Below are positions 1 to 14,599 of a stretch of DNA of 64,000 nt, piece by piece (the first letter of the stretch is position 1; the number at the start of each line of letters is the position of its first letter). The translations under genes and the position numbers were made by a program. Below the pieces are notes generated by a model, which was not told the origin of the DNA, did not search any database, and saw only the letters and a list, made by a program, of their open reading frames with translations. Source of the stretch: Eledone cirrhosa (Eukaryota); NCBI GenBank assembly GCA_964016885.1, contig OZ024741.1, forward strand, positions 369,706,001 through 369,770,000, written 5' to 3'.

Positions 1-2967
1 CCTACAGGAATCGGATTAGTACGTTAGTTAAGGAACGGTTGACTGGAGCGATCGTCAACAGCAGGTGGTGGGTATCTCTAAAGAGAGAGATTAGAGTAGT
101 CTCGATTGAATTTAGTAAGGTTCTAGCTGCGGATAGGAATAGGAAGGAAAGGGAGCTAATAGATAGAGTAGAAGAGGCAATTAGAAGCGGCGACGTGGCC
201 AGAGTGCTAGCGTCGAGAACGGCTTTGAGCCAGTTTTTCGACGCGAAGCACGAAGGCTGCGTTGTCCGAAGTAAAATACGTGCTCTAGGGAACGAGGGGG
301 CCAAAGCTGTTAGCTGGGCCCGCGTGACAGAGGCCAACAGTGGAACTAAATCCACCATCCGGTCTTTGCGAGACCTGGATGGACGGGCGATTCTTGAGCC
401 TAAGCAGATGTGTGAGGCCTTTCAAAGGCACTTTGCCCGACTGTTCGGGAGGGGCGGGGAGCCGGTTGGAAACGTGGACTTCGGTCCATACCTCGACGGC
501 CTGCCGCGCCTCTCGGACAGGGAGGCGAAGTCTTGCGAGGAGCCGATTTCGGCCGCTGAGATAGAGGACGTGCTGGGCCAATGCGGAAAACGCAAATCCC
601 CGGGTCTCGATGGTCTTCCTTACGAATTATATCTAGCTATGCCGGACTTGTTCCCCGATCTCCTCGAGGCGGTCTACTGCAACTGGCAACAGAACGGGAG
701 AATTCCCTGTACTGTGACCAAGGGCGTAGTCACGCTAGTGAGGAAGGACGAGAACAAGGGGGACGAAATAAGTAACTTCAGGCCCATAACTCTGCTAAAT
801 ACAGAGTTACAGATTTTGGCCAAGGTGCTAGCAAAGAGGTTGGCGCTTGTCGTGGGCAACCTGGTGGGAGATGCGCAGACATGCGCTATCCCGTCCAGGT
901 CCATCCATGACAACCTCCACCTCATGCGATACATCATAGAGAGGGTTGGGAACGAACCCGGCTTTGGTGGGGCTCTGATCAACTTGGATCAATCTAAGGC
1001 GTTCGATAGGGTCGACCATGGTTACCTGGATGCGGTGCTAGTGGCGGCAGGCTTCGGACCCGTTTTCAGGGGCTGGATCACTGCTATGCACAGCAGCCGC
1101 ATCTGCTCTAGGGTCAAGGTGAACGGCTACCTCTCGGAGCCGTTCAAAATCGCGCGGTCCATCCGACAAGGGTGCCCTCTCTCCTCCCTTCTGTATGTGT
1201 TGACTCTCGAGCCACTACTGCGGAAGTTGGAGTTGTTGCAGGGCATCCCTTTGGAACCGGGATTGCGGAAAGCGGTGTCAGCCTACGTCGATGATGTGAC
1301 AGTAATGGTGTCGACGGCCTCCGAAATCGAGGCGGTCGGCACCTTACTGGAGGAGTACGAAAAGTTCACAGGGGCTAAGCTGAACCGGGACAAGTCGATC
1401 GGTTTGCAACTCGGCACGTGGAGGGGCAGACCGATGCCCTCCGATGGCGTCGTCGGACGCTGGACGGAGGGCCCGGTGAAGTTGCTCGGGGTCTGGTTCG
1501 GACCGGACCTCCAGGTGGAGAAAAACTGGGCGGAGGTTACGAACAGGGTGTTTGCACTGACCCAGAAGTGGGCCAGTTGCAAACTATCCCTGAAAGGTCG
1601 GGCGGAGGTGGCGAACACTTATATAGCGTCCGTCATCTACTACCGCCTGACCGTAGTGCCCTGCCCAAGGGAAACCCTCACCAAGATGGAGCGCGCGCTC
1701 TTCCAATTCCTTTGGAAGGGGCGGGCTCCTATGGTGAGGAGATCCATCTGCTGTCAACACCCTTCGAAAGAAGGAGGGCTGGGGATGCCGTGGCTAATGA
1801 TGCGTAAACACGCATTAAGGCTACGGCACCTCTACGTATTCCTCACCGGACAACCGGTGTGGGCCTCGTTTGTGAGACGAACCTTTCCCAGACTCGTCTC
1901 ACTCACCGAGCTGCAATCCTGGGTCAAGCAAAGACCGAGAAAACTGGGCGCCTGGCACACTGAGTGTGCCCAGGCGCTCACCGCCCTCTGGCAGGCGGAT
2001 CCGGTTATCAGTGGAGACTCCACCGCAACATTCTATAGAGGGCTGGTACGCAGCAGGTGCGACGACGCCCTCGGAGAAGCCCTAGACATGGAGGAGGACG
2101 AACTGGCCAGCCTGTTCGGTAGGACATTCAGCCCGGGACCTATGGACAACTTCCAGAAGTGCCTGACCTGGCAGTGCTACCGAGGGGCTTTACCCGTTCG
2201 AGAAAGGCTCTACAGACACGGGCGCCCGGGTAGGGACCCCGCCAAAAAGATCTGTCCCAGATGCGTGTGCGACGAGGAAACCGTTGCACACGCATTGGTA
2301 CACTGCTCGGGCGTAGCCGATCTGTGGGGCTATGTCGAACAACTGCTGTCAAGGGTGGGACCGATCCGGTTGACCACCGAGTCTATTGTAATGATCAAGC
2401 CGCCTCCCCCCTTCAAAGATGAAGCAGAGGCGGTGTTTCTGTGCGTAATAGCCATGGTGAAAGAAGTTGTATGGTGGACGCGTCTGAAAGGACTGAGGTC
2501 AGACACCTTTCTCTCTGGCCAACAACTGGTCCGTTTCTTCCGATATCATTTCGGAAGAAGGATCAGGATGGAGTGAGAGGTGCTCCACCCCAGTCGTTTT
2601 TATGAAAGGTGGGTGAAAGTGGCGAGAATGGCCCGTGTGAATGGGCCTTCTCTTTACATAAGCCTGTAGGTGGAAAAGAGGAAGGAACGAGGGAGCACCC
2701 CCTCTCTGTGCTCCTGAGGAAAAGGGTTGCACACTTTTTTCGGGGGTGTGTGCGACCCCCCAAGGCGCCTCCTCTCTATTGAGGATTTTGTTAAAAATTT
2801 TATTTTTTGTTATATCTTATTTTATTTTTATATTTTGTTATTGCCTCCTCCTTATTGAGGACGCCTTTTTGTGTAAACTCCCCCCTTTGTACTTGTCCCA
2901 CTTTTGATGCCCTAGTGGCAAATAAAAGAAACTTATCTATCCATCTCTCTATCTATCTATCTATCTT
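1..2967 (+). mobile_element. Tx1/L1-clade LINE, 3' part (ORF2, 3' UTR, (TATC)n tail); runs off the left edge
   Basis: RT ORF, then a UTR ending AATAAAAGAAAC followed by TATC repeats at about 2934-2967. Confidence 0.9.
39..2669 (+). pseudogene. Tx1-like ORF2 (RT plus C-terminal CCHC knuckle) with a late premature stop
   Basis: Motifs KSPGLDG, FRPITLLN, LDQSKAFDRVDH, RQGCPLS, AYVDD, CPRC...H...HC. TGA at 2574-2576 is AGA in the second copy; the natural stop is the in-frame TAG at 2667-2669. Confidence 0.9.
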
Positions 2968-3648
2968 TCGTACACTGCCCGGGCGTTACCGACCTGTGGG
3001 GCTCTGTAGAACGACTATTGTCGCGGGTGGGACCAATCCTGTTGACCATCGAGTCCATTGTCATGATCAAACCGCCACCCTCCTTCAAAAACGAGGGAGA
3101 GGCGGTTTTCCTATGTGTTATGGTTATGGTGAAAGAGGTTATATGGTGGACGAGGTTAAAAGGGCTGAGGTCAGACACCTTTCTCTCCGGCGAACAACTG
3201 ATTCGTTTTTTCAAATATCATTTTGGAAGAAGAATCAGGATGGAGAGAGAGGTGCTGTACCCCAGCAAATTTTATAAAAGGTGGGTGAATGTGGCAAAGA
3301 TGGCCCGAGTGGTTGGGCCTTCTCTCTATATAAGCCTGTAGGTTGAGGAAAAAGAGGAAGAGAGGAAGGGAGTACTCACTCTTGGTGCTCCTGGAGATGA
3401 GGGTTGTACAATTTTTCGGGTTGTGTGTACAACCCCTGTGTAACGCCCCCCCCCCCCCTATTGGGGATTTCAATTGTTATTTGTTATTTTATTAATAGTT
3501 TTATTTTCATATACCTGTATGTAAACTCCCCATTTGAATTTGTCCCCTTCTTTTGTGCCCTTGTGGCTAATAAAGAAATTTATCTATTATCTATCTACCT
3601 ACCTACCTACCTACCTACCTACCTAGCTATCTAATTATCTATCTATCT
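2968..3648 (+). mobile_element. 5'-truncated second Tx1 copy directly behind the first
   Basis: Aligns to about 2297-2967; the ORF at 3018-3341 matches the ORF2 C-terminus; ends AATAAAGAAAT plus TATC/TACC repeats. Confidence 0.9.
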
Positions 3649-3798
3649 AAATACATACACACACACCCGACACACACGCACACATATCTAAAGGGTGTCC
3701 AAAAAAATATATACACACGTTGATTACTTCGCTGTTGACGTGTATATTCAATTTTGCAGGACATCCTGCATATATATGTCTCTCTCTCTGTCTGTCTC

Positions 3799-3837
<39 letters not shown>

Positions 3838-3842
3838 GTCTC

Positions 3843-3950
<108 letters not shown>

Positions 3951-4134
3951 GCACACATATATATATATTCAGATGTGTATATATTTTGTCGCGTGCTCGA
4001 GTGCGTGTGTATATTTGCGATTGTGATTGTTTACAACGGAATGAAAAAAAAGCTCACGCAACAAAATATACGCATGCACACACACACACACACACTCAGT
4101 CACACACTCAGACACACACTCAGACACACACTCA

Positions 4135-4216
<82 letters not shown>

Positions 4217-4795
4217 TACGACAGAAGACGTTGCGACGTGCGAACATCAGCACCTCTAAAAAAATGCCACCTTCTTCCTATACACGCCCTCTTTTACAAA
4301 CAGCCTTTTCCCAGTCTGATGATACACCCTAAAGGGGTGATCTTATCTCTTCTGTACCCTATTGTCTTGCCTTACACACCTCTTCCGCCTTTCAAAGGTC
4401 TTGTGTCAATCGTTAATTGATACTACAGCCAAGACACCGCCCTAAAGATGTTGTGCCCTGCTCGTTCATCTCTGAACGCCTTACCTAGTCAACAGCACTG
4501 ATCAACACAATCCTTTCCCCAGTAAGCAGAACAAACACAATCTTGACTCTGGCACTCACACACACACAGACGAACACATACACACACACACAAGCACACA
4601 CACACACACGTATACACACAGATATATTTTCTTATGCATACATAATCATATATATACATAATTATACACACACACATACACACATATATATACTTATTGA
4701 ATAATACCATAATTATATATATATATAGATACATATATATATGTGTGTGTCTGTGCGTGCATGTGTGACTGTGTGTGTGTATATATACACACATG

Positions 4796-4847
<52 letters not shown>

Positions 4848-4869
4848 CATGCATGTATACATACATACA

Positions 4870-5812
4870 TAATTAAGTATGCATGTATGTATGAATGTAT
4901 GAATGTATGTATGCAAGTATGTATGTACGTACGTACGTAGGTATGTATGTATGTATGTACGCATGTATGTATGTACGTACGTACGTAGGTATGTATGTAT
5001 GTATGCACGCATGTATGTATGTACGTACGTACGTACGTACGTACGTACGTATGTATGTATGTATGTACGTAAGTATATATGTATGTACGTACGTACGTAT
5101 GTATGTATGTATGTATGTATGTATGTATGTATGTATGTATGTATGTATGTACGTACGTACCTATGTATGTACGCATGTATGTATGTACGTACGTACGTAT
5201 GTATGTATGTATGTATGTACGTACCTATGTATGTACGCATGTATGTATGTACGTACGTACGTATGTATGTATGTATTTATGTACGTATGTATGTATGTAC
5301 GTACGTATGTACGTATGTATGTATGTATGTATGTATGTATGTATGTACGTAAGTATGTATGTATGTATGTACGTAAGTATGTATGTACGTATGTACGTAG
5401 GTATGTATGTATGTATGTATGTATGTATGTATGTATGTATGTATGTATGTATGTATGTATGTACGTAAGTATGTATGTACGTACGTACGTATGTATGTAT
5501 GTACGTAAGTATGTATGTATGTACGTAAGTATGTATGTATGTATGTACGTAAGTATGTATGCATGTATGTATGTATGTATGTATGTATGTACGTACGTAC
5601 GTATGTATGTATGTATCTATGTATGTATGTATGTATGTATGTATGTATGTATGTATGTATGTATGTACGTAAGTATGTATGTACGTACGTACGTATGTAT
5701 GTATGTACGTAAGTATGTATGTATGTACGTAAGTATGTATGTATGTACGTAAGTATGTATGTATGTACGTAGGTATGTATGTATGTATGTACGTAAGTAT
5801 GTATGTACGTAC
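4870..5812. repeat. Compound (TATG/TACG)n tetranucleotide array
   Basis: Seen directly; it produces the spurious YVCM/HTYI ORFs. Confidence 0.95.
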
Positions 5813-5934
5813 GAAAGAGGGAAGTGTCAGCTCTGTTCGATAAATTAACAACCCTCGACTAGCAAGCAGGAGGCGCGTGAATATGGTGTTCGTCTGTTTG
5901 AACTTGAGCCTCTTTGTTTGCGTGAGCATGTATG

Positions 5935-6006
<72 letters not shown>

Positions 6007-6085
6007 GTGTGTGTGTGAATATATAAGTATTAAAGCAATTATAATAAATATGAGCATTTATATATATATATATATATATATATAC

Positions 6086-6122
<37 letters not shown>

Positions 6123-6193
6123 GGGAGAGAGAGAGAGAGAGAAATATTAATATATATATAAATATAAATGCATAAGCATATATTCAAATATTT

Positions 6194-6278
<85 letters not shown>

Positions 6279-6335
6279 TATATATATAAATAAATAAATA
6301 TATATATTTTTATAATTATATATATATATATATAT

Positions 6336-6450
6336 ATTGTTATACTTGGGGAGGGTCATATTTGTGTAATATTGCCAGAATTAATAACAGAATACACTCA
6401 CTGTTTGGTTGGTTTTCGCTTTTCGCTTCTGTGTCTTTTATATCGGTATA
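6336..6450 (-). mobile_element. PLE pseudo-LTR 3' tip (family A-related)
   Basis: ATTGTTATACTTGGGGAGGGTCAT abutting (TA)n; same terminus at 20840, 21146 (rc), 38679 and 52767. Confidence 0.7.
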
Positions 6451-6496
6451 TATTCTATATATATAAATAAATATATATATATTTATAATTATATAT

Positions 6497-7578
<1,082 letters not shown>

Positions 7579-7927
7579 GTCAGACAGATTATATCAGGCT
7601 AATTCCTCTTGTTTATTATGTTAAAGGTGCATACCGGTGACATTATTAGTCACTTACATGTTAATTTCATGAACAGGCTGCATGTTGATTGATTGAACCG
7701 TAGGAACACTAACCGTCGACACTGATGGAGGTCCATTCAATAAGTATATATATATGGCCGGCATGGCATAGTAAGCCGTATCGGACACTGGAATAGTCCC
7801 TTTATTTTCCTCGGAAGAAGAGATATTAATCTCGAAATATCAGGATATATAAGAAATTAAGGTAAAAAAAAACACTCCTCCTTTCTTACGACCTTATCCG
7901 TCCAATTCGCTTTCAAACTTCGAATTC

Positions 7928-7970
<43 letters not shown>

Positions 7971-7998
7971 GACTATTTTGAGTTTCTAACTCAATCTA

Positions 7999-8090
<92 letters not shown>

Positions 8091-8092
<2 letters not shown>

Positions 8093-8722
8093 TCGATTGA
8101 GTTAGAAACTCAAAATAGTCTTTTACAATTAAAGAAGGGAATCTTTCCGAGCCGTGTAATATAATTGGATATATGTGATATATGTATACATGTGTTCCAA
8201 TTGCAAATGACTAAGTTAGCTAGGTTGAAAAATACCAATTTAAAACAATATACTTTGTCTTACTCGATTTAACGTAATAAATTAATAAAAATAACAAACC
8301 TATTACGGGCAAATAGCCTTTGATACCCGGACAGACGTAAATCTGTTTCGCAAGAATTATTACGTGAAAGCTAGAATTCCTGTGCTCTTCTGAGGGTATC
8401 CAGGAAAATTCGTACCTTTCACCTCAAAGGATCTAAGAAGAAGGAACGATGTGCTGGTATAAACGCACATGTCGCAGAGCCTAACACGTCTCATACTCAT
8501 GCCGCTAAAAATAGTAGCTGGGTTTATCAGACTAAAGTTAGCTCTACATACGGAGCCGTGAATATCATAGATTGAGTTAGAAACACAAAATAGTCTTTTA
8601 CAATTAAATATCTCAAAGAAGGGAATCTTTCCGAGCCGTGTAATATAATTGGATATATGAGAGGGATGAACACAGATAAAAGTATACATGTGTTCCAATT
8701 GCAAATGACCAAGTTAGCTAAC
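8091..8722 (-). mobile_element. Non-coding HHR-bearing unit, family B (retrozyme candidate), period about 475 bp
   Basis: 8091-8222 repeats at 8566-8722; one HHR between the repeats; no credible ORF; 3' end in (TA)n and mirrored at 7967-8001. Confidence 0.75.
8322..8400 (-). ncRNA. Type I hammerhead ribozyme (family B, core mutated)
   Basis: Minus strand: GATACCCT-CAGAAGA-GCA..TGC-GAAA-CAGA tttacg TCTG-TC-CGGGTATC; GUC cleavage triplet. Confidence 0.7.
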
Positions 8723-9120
8723 CTATATAGAATTCTAGTGAGCATCAATAAATGCGAAAGAAGGCCTTGTCAGCTTTATCTCCCCTGTTTGCTGAAAATT
8801 AAAGTAAGTGAGTCTGTAACTACTCTAAAACAACAGCATAAGGTCTTCGAAATGCTTTTAATTAAGCATACAGTGTATTGCAAAATACACTATATATACA
8901 TTCATATACATATAGCTATTTCAGAGCACCAATTCTAATTTTTAATTTCTGCTGGACCGGCATCCGCTCTGTATAATCAGTTCCTGATTATTTATTAGAA
9001 TTCTATATGAACCAAACATCAATGATTTCAGCAAACAGGAGGAGTAGTTGGCTTTGATAAGCATCAATAAATGCGAAAGAAGGCCTTGTCAGCTTTATCT
9101 CCCCTGTTTGCTGAAAATGA

Positions 9121-9300
9121 AAGGTTGGTTAAATAACCGGGTGGTTGCTTATATATCATCAAATCTCTTTCATCACGCATTCTGTCACCTCCTCAGTGAC
9201 TGGAGTCTTATTTTGCGTCTCTCCTTTGTTCTGTCCTACACCATCTTGTATTTATGTGTTGACAACACACGAAAACAAAATGGTGTAGGACAGACACACG
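9121..9300 (-). mobile_element. Degraded family A pseudo-LTR with decayed HHR
   Basis: Aligns to about 52880-53020; minus strand AGTCA-CTGAGGA-GGTGACAGAATGCGTGAT-GAAA. Confidence 0.65.
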
Positions 9301-9341
9301 TTTTTAGATAAGAAATCTTGCAAAGCAAACTAAAAAATGAA

Positions 9342-9446
<105 letters not shown>

Positions 9447-9973
9447 TATAAATAAGAGTTTAGATGAGTTGATAATACAACAATATAAAGGCAAAGAATA
9501 TGAATATTTCAAAGCCCAATGTGATTTAATAGTCCACAGCAAGATACCATTCCGTATATATCTATATTTATTCAATTATATACATACATATATACATGAT
9601 GGCTACCCCGTCCTTATCGAGTATGGCCATTGTACGATATACCATTATTAATAATTATTAATTAATTCTATCGTGCAATGCCTGTGCATGAAGATATTAT
9701 TTAAAGTGAGGAAAGACTGTGCACTGAGCCAAACCCACACTCTGAGCGACAGTAGCTATAACCCGAAAAGAAGAAAAGATCAACAAAATCGGTTAACTAC
9801 TGAGTCGTGGGTTTTATATCGGAGTTATCCCAATTTCCTGAGTTGCCTTCTCCTAGAAGAATGCCCTGATAAAGGCTAGAGGTCCTTCACTCCCAGTGCA
9901 CCCATGTATATACACATATACAAATACATACATATGTACATGTGTATATACATACATACATATATACGTACAC

Positions 9974-10088
<115 letters not shown>

Positions 10089-10105
10089 TATATATGTATG
10101 TATGT

Positions 10106-11095
10106 ATCACTTTCTGGAATATGATAAAAAACCTCAACAAAGCTGGAATTTACCAAAAATGGATTAACTCAACACCAATAGTTTTACCACCTAAATTCCA
10201 AATAAAGCATATTACAAACGAACCTGAACCAGAAAGAAAACTCCGTGAACAAATGTCACTCAACAGGATAAACATGGAAATAGAACTCCTAAAATTAAGG
10301 GCCACCTCAAACGAGCAAGAGTATAAGGATACTGATAAAAATATGGAGGAAGAATGCACTAAAAAGGCCGAGGGAAAAACCCTACAAAATTTAATCAAAT
10401 CGTGGAAACAGGACTGCGAGAATGCAGAAACTATTTCCTTTAAACGGTGGGAAAAATCCGAAAACTGGTTCCTCAAATATGAAGAAGACTTTAAAAGGAC
10501 GCACCAAACAGGTAACCCCTTTATAAAGCATTTGAACATAACAAGAACTACAACAGACACATTTACACCACCAAACCCAACACACACTAACCACAGGCAC
10601 ATCCCCCACCAACACAAACCAAATACGGCCAACTACACCAAAAGAAACACACCCAACCACCACAACACAGGTTTCCGTAGAAATGCCCCCTACATAAACC
10701 AACGACGAAATAACATAGATCCAACTCACAACACACACACCACATTCCTCAGAAGAAATCCACCCAGACCACTTGAAATCACAACAGAACTTACCCACAA
10801 CCACACCAGACATCACCCTCAATCCAACAAAAGACAACCCCCCAACCTCAACACTCTGTACCACAGAAATAACGCACCCAGACCACATGAACCAACAACA
10901 GAACCCTTGCTCATCAACAACCACAACACATACCACCCCCACCATCACATTCACCCTCATGAAACAACAAGCTACAGACCCACACGCAACAGACCAACAA
11001 AATATAATCACACACAAAACTACATTCCTTTTTTAAGGAAAAGCCTGAAATACCAGGATACTCGATGGCCCCCCCTCAGGAGAAACCAAAAATAA
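10106..11095 (+). CDS. PLE ORF1: helical/coiled-coil-like N-part and N/H/T/R-rich low-complexity C-part
   Basis: About 330 open codons after the microsatellite (first ATG at 10121); heptad-like RKLREQMSLNRINMEIELLKLRATSNEQEYKDTDKNMEEE; same A/C-rich codon bias as ORF2. Confidence 0.75.
   Translation: MTFWNMIKNLNKAGIYQKWINSTPIVLPPKFQIKHITNEPEPERKLREQMSLNRINMEIELLKLRATSNEQEYKDTDKNMEEECTKKAEGKTLQNLIKSWKQDCENAETISFKRWEKSENWFLKYEEDFKRTHQTGNPFIKHLNITRTTTDTFTPPNPTHTNHRHIPHQHKPNTANYTKRNTPNHHNTGFRRNAPYINQRRNNIDPTHNTHTTFLRRNPPRPLEITTELTHNHTRHHPQSNKRQPPNLNTLYHRNNAPRPHEPTTEPLLINNHNTYHPHHHIHPHETTSYRPTRNRPTKYNHTQNYIPFLRKSLKYQDTRWPPLRRNQK
11029..11080 (+). promoter_or_regulatory. Putative -1 programmed frameshift signal (T TTT TTA plus downstream stem)
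   Basis: Heptamer 11029-11035 is in ORF1 phase (CCT TTT TTA). The -1 frame is open from 11008 into ORF2. After an 8-nt spacer, CCTG(A) can pair with CAGG 11054-57 or TCAGG 11076-80. Confidence 0.6.
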
Positions 11096-13341
11096 TCAAC
11101 CTCTCAAAGACACCTCTAACCAACACACAAATCAACATTTTAAGTAAGGGCCTGAAATTTACACCTACACCACGTAAACCAAACTTCCCCGAAATGAAGG
11201 ATGACATCATGGAATACTGCCGAAAGCTGCGACTAACGGAATTCTTCCACAACGACACCAACACTGAAGACGAATCACTGGTTAGAAATAAAAGCAATTT
11301 CTGCCCACAAAAGGGAAGAAATAAAGCACTGGACACGTACTGCGAACACATCACCAACTTTCCCTATGAAAAAATTACAAATAAACACACGAAATCAAAC
11401 CTATCTACACACGAATGGGAAGAATTATTCACACTTAGAAACAACCCTGAGATAACTATCAAAGAAGCCGATAAAGGCAGTACTGTTGTCATTATGAATA
11501 CGGACTACTATAGGACCCTCGCACTTAACATTTTAGAAAACAACACATACTATGAAAAAACAGAAAACTACAAACACACTAAAACAATGGGGAACCTTTT
11601 GACCTTACTGAATAAATACCGCAACAGCTTAACCACAAAAGAGTTTAACTATATAAGCCACTTCAAATGCAATACAAGCTCTTTTTACGGCTTACCGAAA
11701 CTCCACAAATGTAAACCCATAAACGATGCATGTGACACCTCAACCAACAATTACATTGAACTAACACCACCAGAAGACCTAAAACTCAGGCCAATTATAG
11801 CAGGCCCTACATGTGAAACCCACAGACTTAGCAACTTTCTGGACATCCTACTGAAACCCTTTCTACAACATATACAGAGCTACATACGAGATGACCTTGA
11901 CATGCTGAAACACCTCCCTAAAACAGTAAGTGCAAATACAATTCTTGTCTCCTTTGACGTAATAAACCTCTACACAAACATACCCCACAACTATGGAATA
12001 ACAGCAGTCCAATACTGGCTTAACACACACCCATCAGAAATACCGACACGCATCAACACAGACTTTATCACTGACGGACTCCGCTTTATCCTACAAAATA
12101 ACTACTTCACATTCAATGGTTCAACATACAGACAAGTATCAGGTACGGCAATGGGCACGAAAGTAGCACCCACATATGCCAACCTAGTCATGGGATTCCA
12201 TGAACAACAAATATACAGTCAGTCCCTTCTCTTATTTGGAGACTCTTTCCACACACACCTCAAAGCCAATTGGAAAAGATATCTAGACGACTGCTTTATC
12301 CTATGGCAAGAAGACATGAACTCACTTACTACGTTTAAAAACATGATAAACAACATAGATAATAACATACAATTCACAATGGAATCCAATCCTAAGGAAT
12401 TAGCCTTCTTGGATATTCTCATCTCTGTAATAGACGGGAAATTAGATACAGATATATTCTATAAACCCACAGATTCCAAGCAATACCTCTTTTTCACATC
12501 AAGTCACCCAAAACATACAAAACTTAACATTCCTTACAATTTGGCCAAACGTATATGTACCATAGTATCAGATCCACCTAAACGGGAGCAAAGACTAAAG
12601 GAACTAAAAGACACCCTTATCTTAAGAGCCTTTCCACTTGAAATAATCAACAATGGAATAGACAGGGCAAAACACCTAAATCCCCATCAACTTAACAATC
12701 CAAAACAGAAAACCACACTCAACACCCTGCCATATGTATCCACTTTCAACCCCAGAAATACCGAAATGTTTGATCACCTACACAAAAACCTCCCCATCCT
12801 ACTTAAAGATGTAAAAATGAAGTCTATTCTTGAAACACACAAGATCCTTAAAAGTAAAAGACAACCCAAATCACTTAAACGCATTCTCACTGGACCAAAT
12901 ATACCCAAACCAATCCTCAACCCTACAGTTACCAAATGTGGTAGAACAAACTGTGGAACGTGCCTCTACCTCACTGAAGGACAAACATTTACATTCAAAG
13001 ATGGCCAAACATTTACAGTAAAAAACAATTTCACCTGCAACTCGGAGAACTTGATTTACGCAATAACTTGCGGTGGGTGCAAACACAACTACATAGGACA
13101 GACGGGCACCTCATTACGCAAAAGAATGACCATCCACCGCCAACAAATCCGGGACGCTAACACAAGAAAAATCCCCTTGAGCAGCCATATTGCGAACTGC
13201 GCAGGAATGACACTACCCAACTTTAAAATCTTCCCCTTCTACAAGTGCTCAGATTCGTTCACACAGCAACAAAGAATAAACAAAGAAAATCTATTCCTTA
13301 ACAAATTTAAACCAAAACTAAACGGGTTATCACCCCAATAG
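11065..13341 (+). CDS. PLE reverse transcriptase plus GIY-YIG endonuclease (uninterrupted, 758 aa)
   Basis: Motifs IINLS, LSKGLKFTP, ADKG, YGLPKLHK, RPII, FDVINLYTNIP, GTAMG, RYLDD, FLDI, linker CGRTNCGTC, NLIYAITCGGCKHNYIGQT..RMTIH, PKLN. Confidence 0.95.
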   Translation: MAPPQEKPKIINLSKTPLTNTQINILSKGLKFTPTPRKPNFPEMKDDIMEYCRKLRLTEFFHNDTNTEDESLVRNKSNFCPQKGRNKALDTYCEHITNFPYEKITNKHTKSNLSTHEWEELFTLRNNPEITIKEADKGSTVVIMNTDYYRTLALNILENNTYYEKTENYKHTKTMGNLLTLLNKYRNSLTTKEFNYISHFKCNTSSFYGLPKLHKCKPINDACDTSTNNYIELTPPEDLKLRPIIAGPTCETHRLSNFLDILLKPFLQHIQSYIRDDLDMLKHLPKTVSANTILVSFDVINLYTNIPHNYGITAVQYWLNTHPSEIPTRINTDFITDGLRFILQNNYFTFNGSTYRQVSGTAMGTKVAPTYANLVMGFHEQQIYSQSLLLFGDSFHTHLKANWKRYLDDCFILWQEDMNSLTTFKNMINNIDNNIQFTMESNPKELAFLDILISVIDGKLDTDIFYKPTDSKQYLFFTSSHPKHTKLNIPYNLAKRICTIVSDPPKREQRLKELKDTLILRAFPLEIINNGIDRAKHLNPHQLNNPKQKTTLNTLPYVSTFNPRNTEMFDHLHKNLPILLKDVKMKSILETHKILKSKRQPKSLKRILTGPNIPKPILNPTVTKCGRTNCGTCLYLTEGQTFTFKDGQTFTVKNNFTCNSENLIYAITCGGCKHNYIGQTGTSLRKRMTIHRQQIRDANTRKIPLSSHIANCAGMTLPNFKIFPFYKCSDSFTQQQRINKENLFLNKFKPKLNGLSPQ

Positions 13342-13800
13342 AATTGTCATAATATATAAACACACATACGCACGGAATCACTACTATTAAAGACCAGAGA
13401 CCAATTCTGTAGAATCAGGTTTATTCATTGACAGACCATGCCTTTGTGTGACCAACACATCCATGTTAAACCCTGCACGTGCACACACATATATCTATAT
13501 ATATATGCGCACACAGAATTCACCACTGTCGGTTGCGGGGCCCAATCTACATGAAGAACTCAATGTGATCAGAATGACTTGTATTTTAATTTCACTGTCC
13601 CAACTTCTTATATTATGGAAAAAATATATGTGTCTGTATGTATATATATATATATATATATATTTGGAGGCCATTTCTCTGTGTGTGGGTGTATGTATGT
13701 GTATATGTGTGTGTGTGTGTATGTGTGTGCATGTGGATGTATGTATTGTGTGTGCGTGTGTGTGTGTGTGTGTATGTATGTGTGTATCTGGATGTATGCG

Positions 13801-13831
<31 letters not shown>

Positions 13832-13950
13832 GCGTGTGTGTGTGTGTATATATATGTGTGTGTATGTGTGTATATATATGTGTGTGTGTGTGTGTATGTT
13901 TGTATGTGTGTATGTATATATATATGTGTGTGTGTGTGTATGTATGTGTG

Positions 13951-14051
<101 letters not shown>

Positions 14052-14092
14052 ATGTATGTGTGTATCTGGATGTATGTGTATGTATATATATA

Positions 14093-14125
<33 letters not shown>

Positions 14126-14200
14126 GTGTGTGTATGTGTATATATGTGTGTGTGTGTGTATGTGTGTATGTATATGTATGTGTGTGTGTATGTATGTGTG

Positions 14201-14241
<41 letters not shown>

Positions 14242-14599
14242 GTATATGTATGTATGTGTGGATGAAGGTATGTGTGTGTATATATAGGTGTAAGTGCACT
14301 AAATCCCTTTCTATCACGCTCCACTTTCCTACCCACCACAGGAAGATATGTGTATGTATATTGCTTCCACCCCCTCACTGACCAGCAGCTGGCCAGTTGG
14401 TGATTGCTAAATCTGACCTTTATAAAATAACCCACACCCCAAATAACTTCTCATTCACTACCAGAAAGGGACACAGCAGTCAACCTGTTGTTGCTACCTA
14501 GATGAAAACTGCTATGAAATCCCACAATGAACTTTATACTTGAATTTTCAAATCTCAAATTTTAACTCTTCGTATTATTAATTTTTCTTAATGTTAATC

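Noticed and set aside
2574-2576. In-frame TGA as selenocysteine or readthrough
   Set aside because: The sister copy has AGA (Arg) here, so it is a point mutation; no Cys-position UGA was seen in the PLE ORFs.
3690-3770. Short Tc1-like MITE (AGGGTGTCC..GGACATCCTG)
   Set aside because: Inverted repeats are short and imperfect, and there is only one copy.
4312-4345. CTGATGA followed by the hairpin CACCC/GGGTG as an HHR
   Set aside because: No GAAA, NUH triplet or stem I follows.
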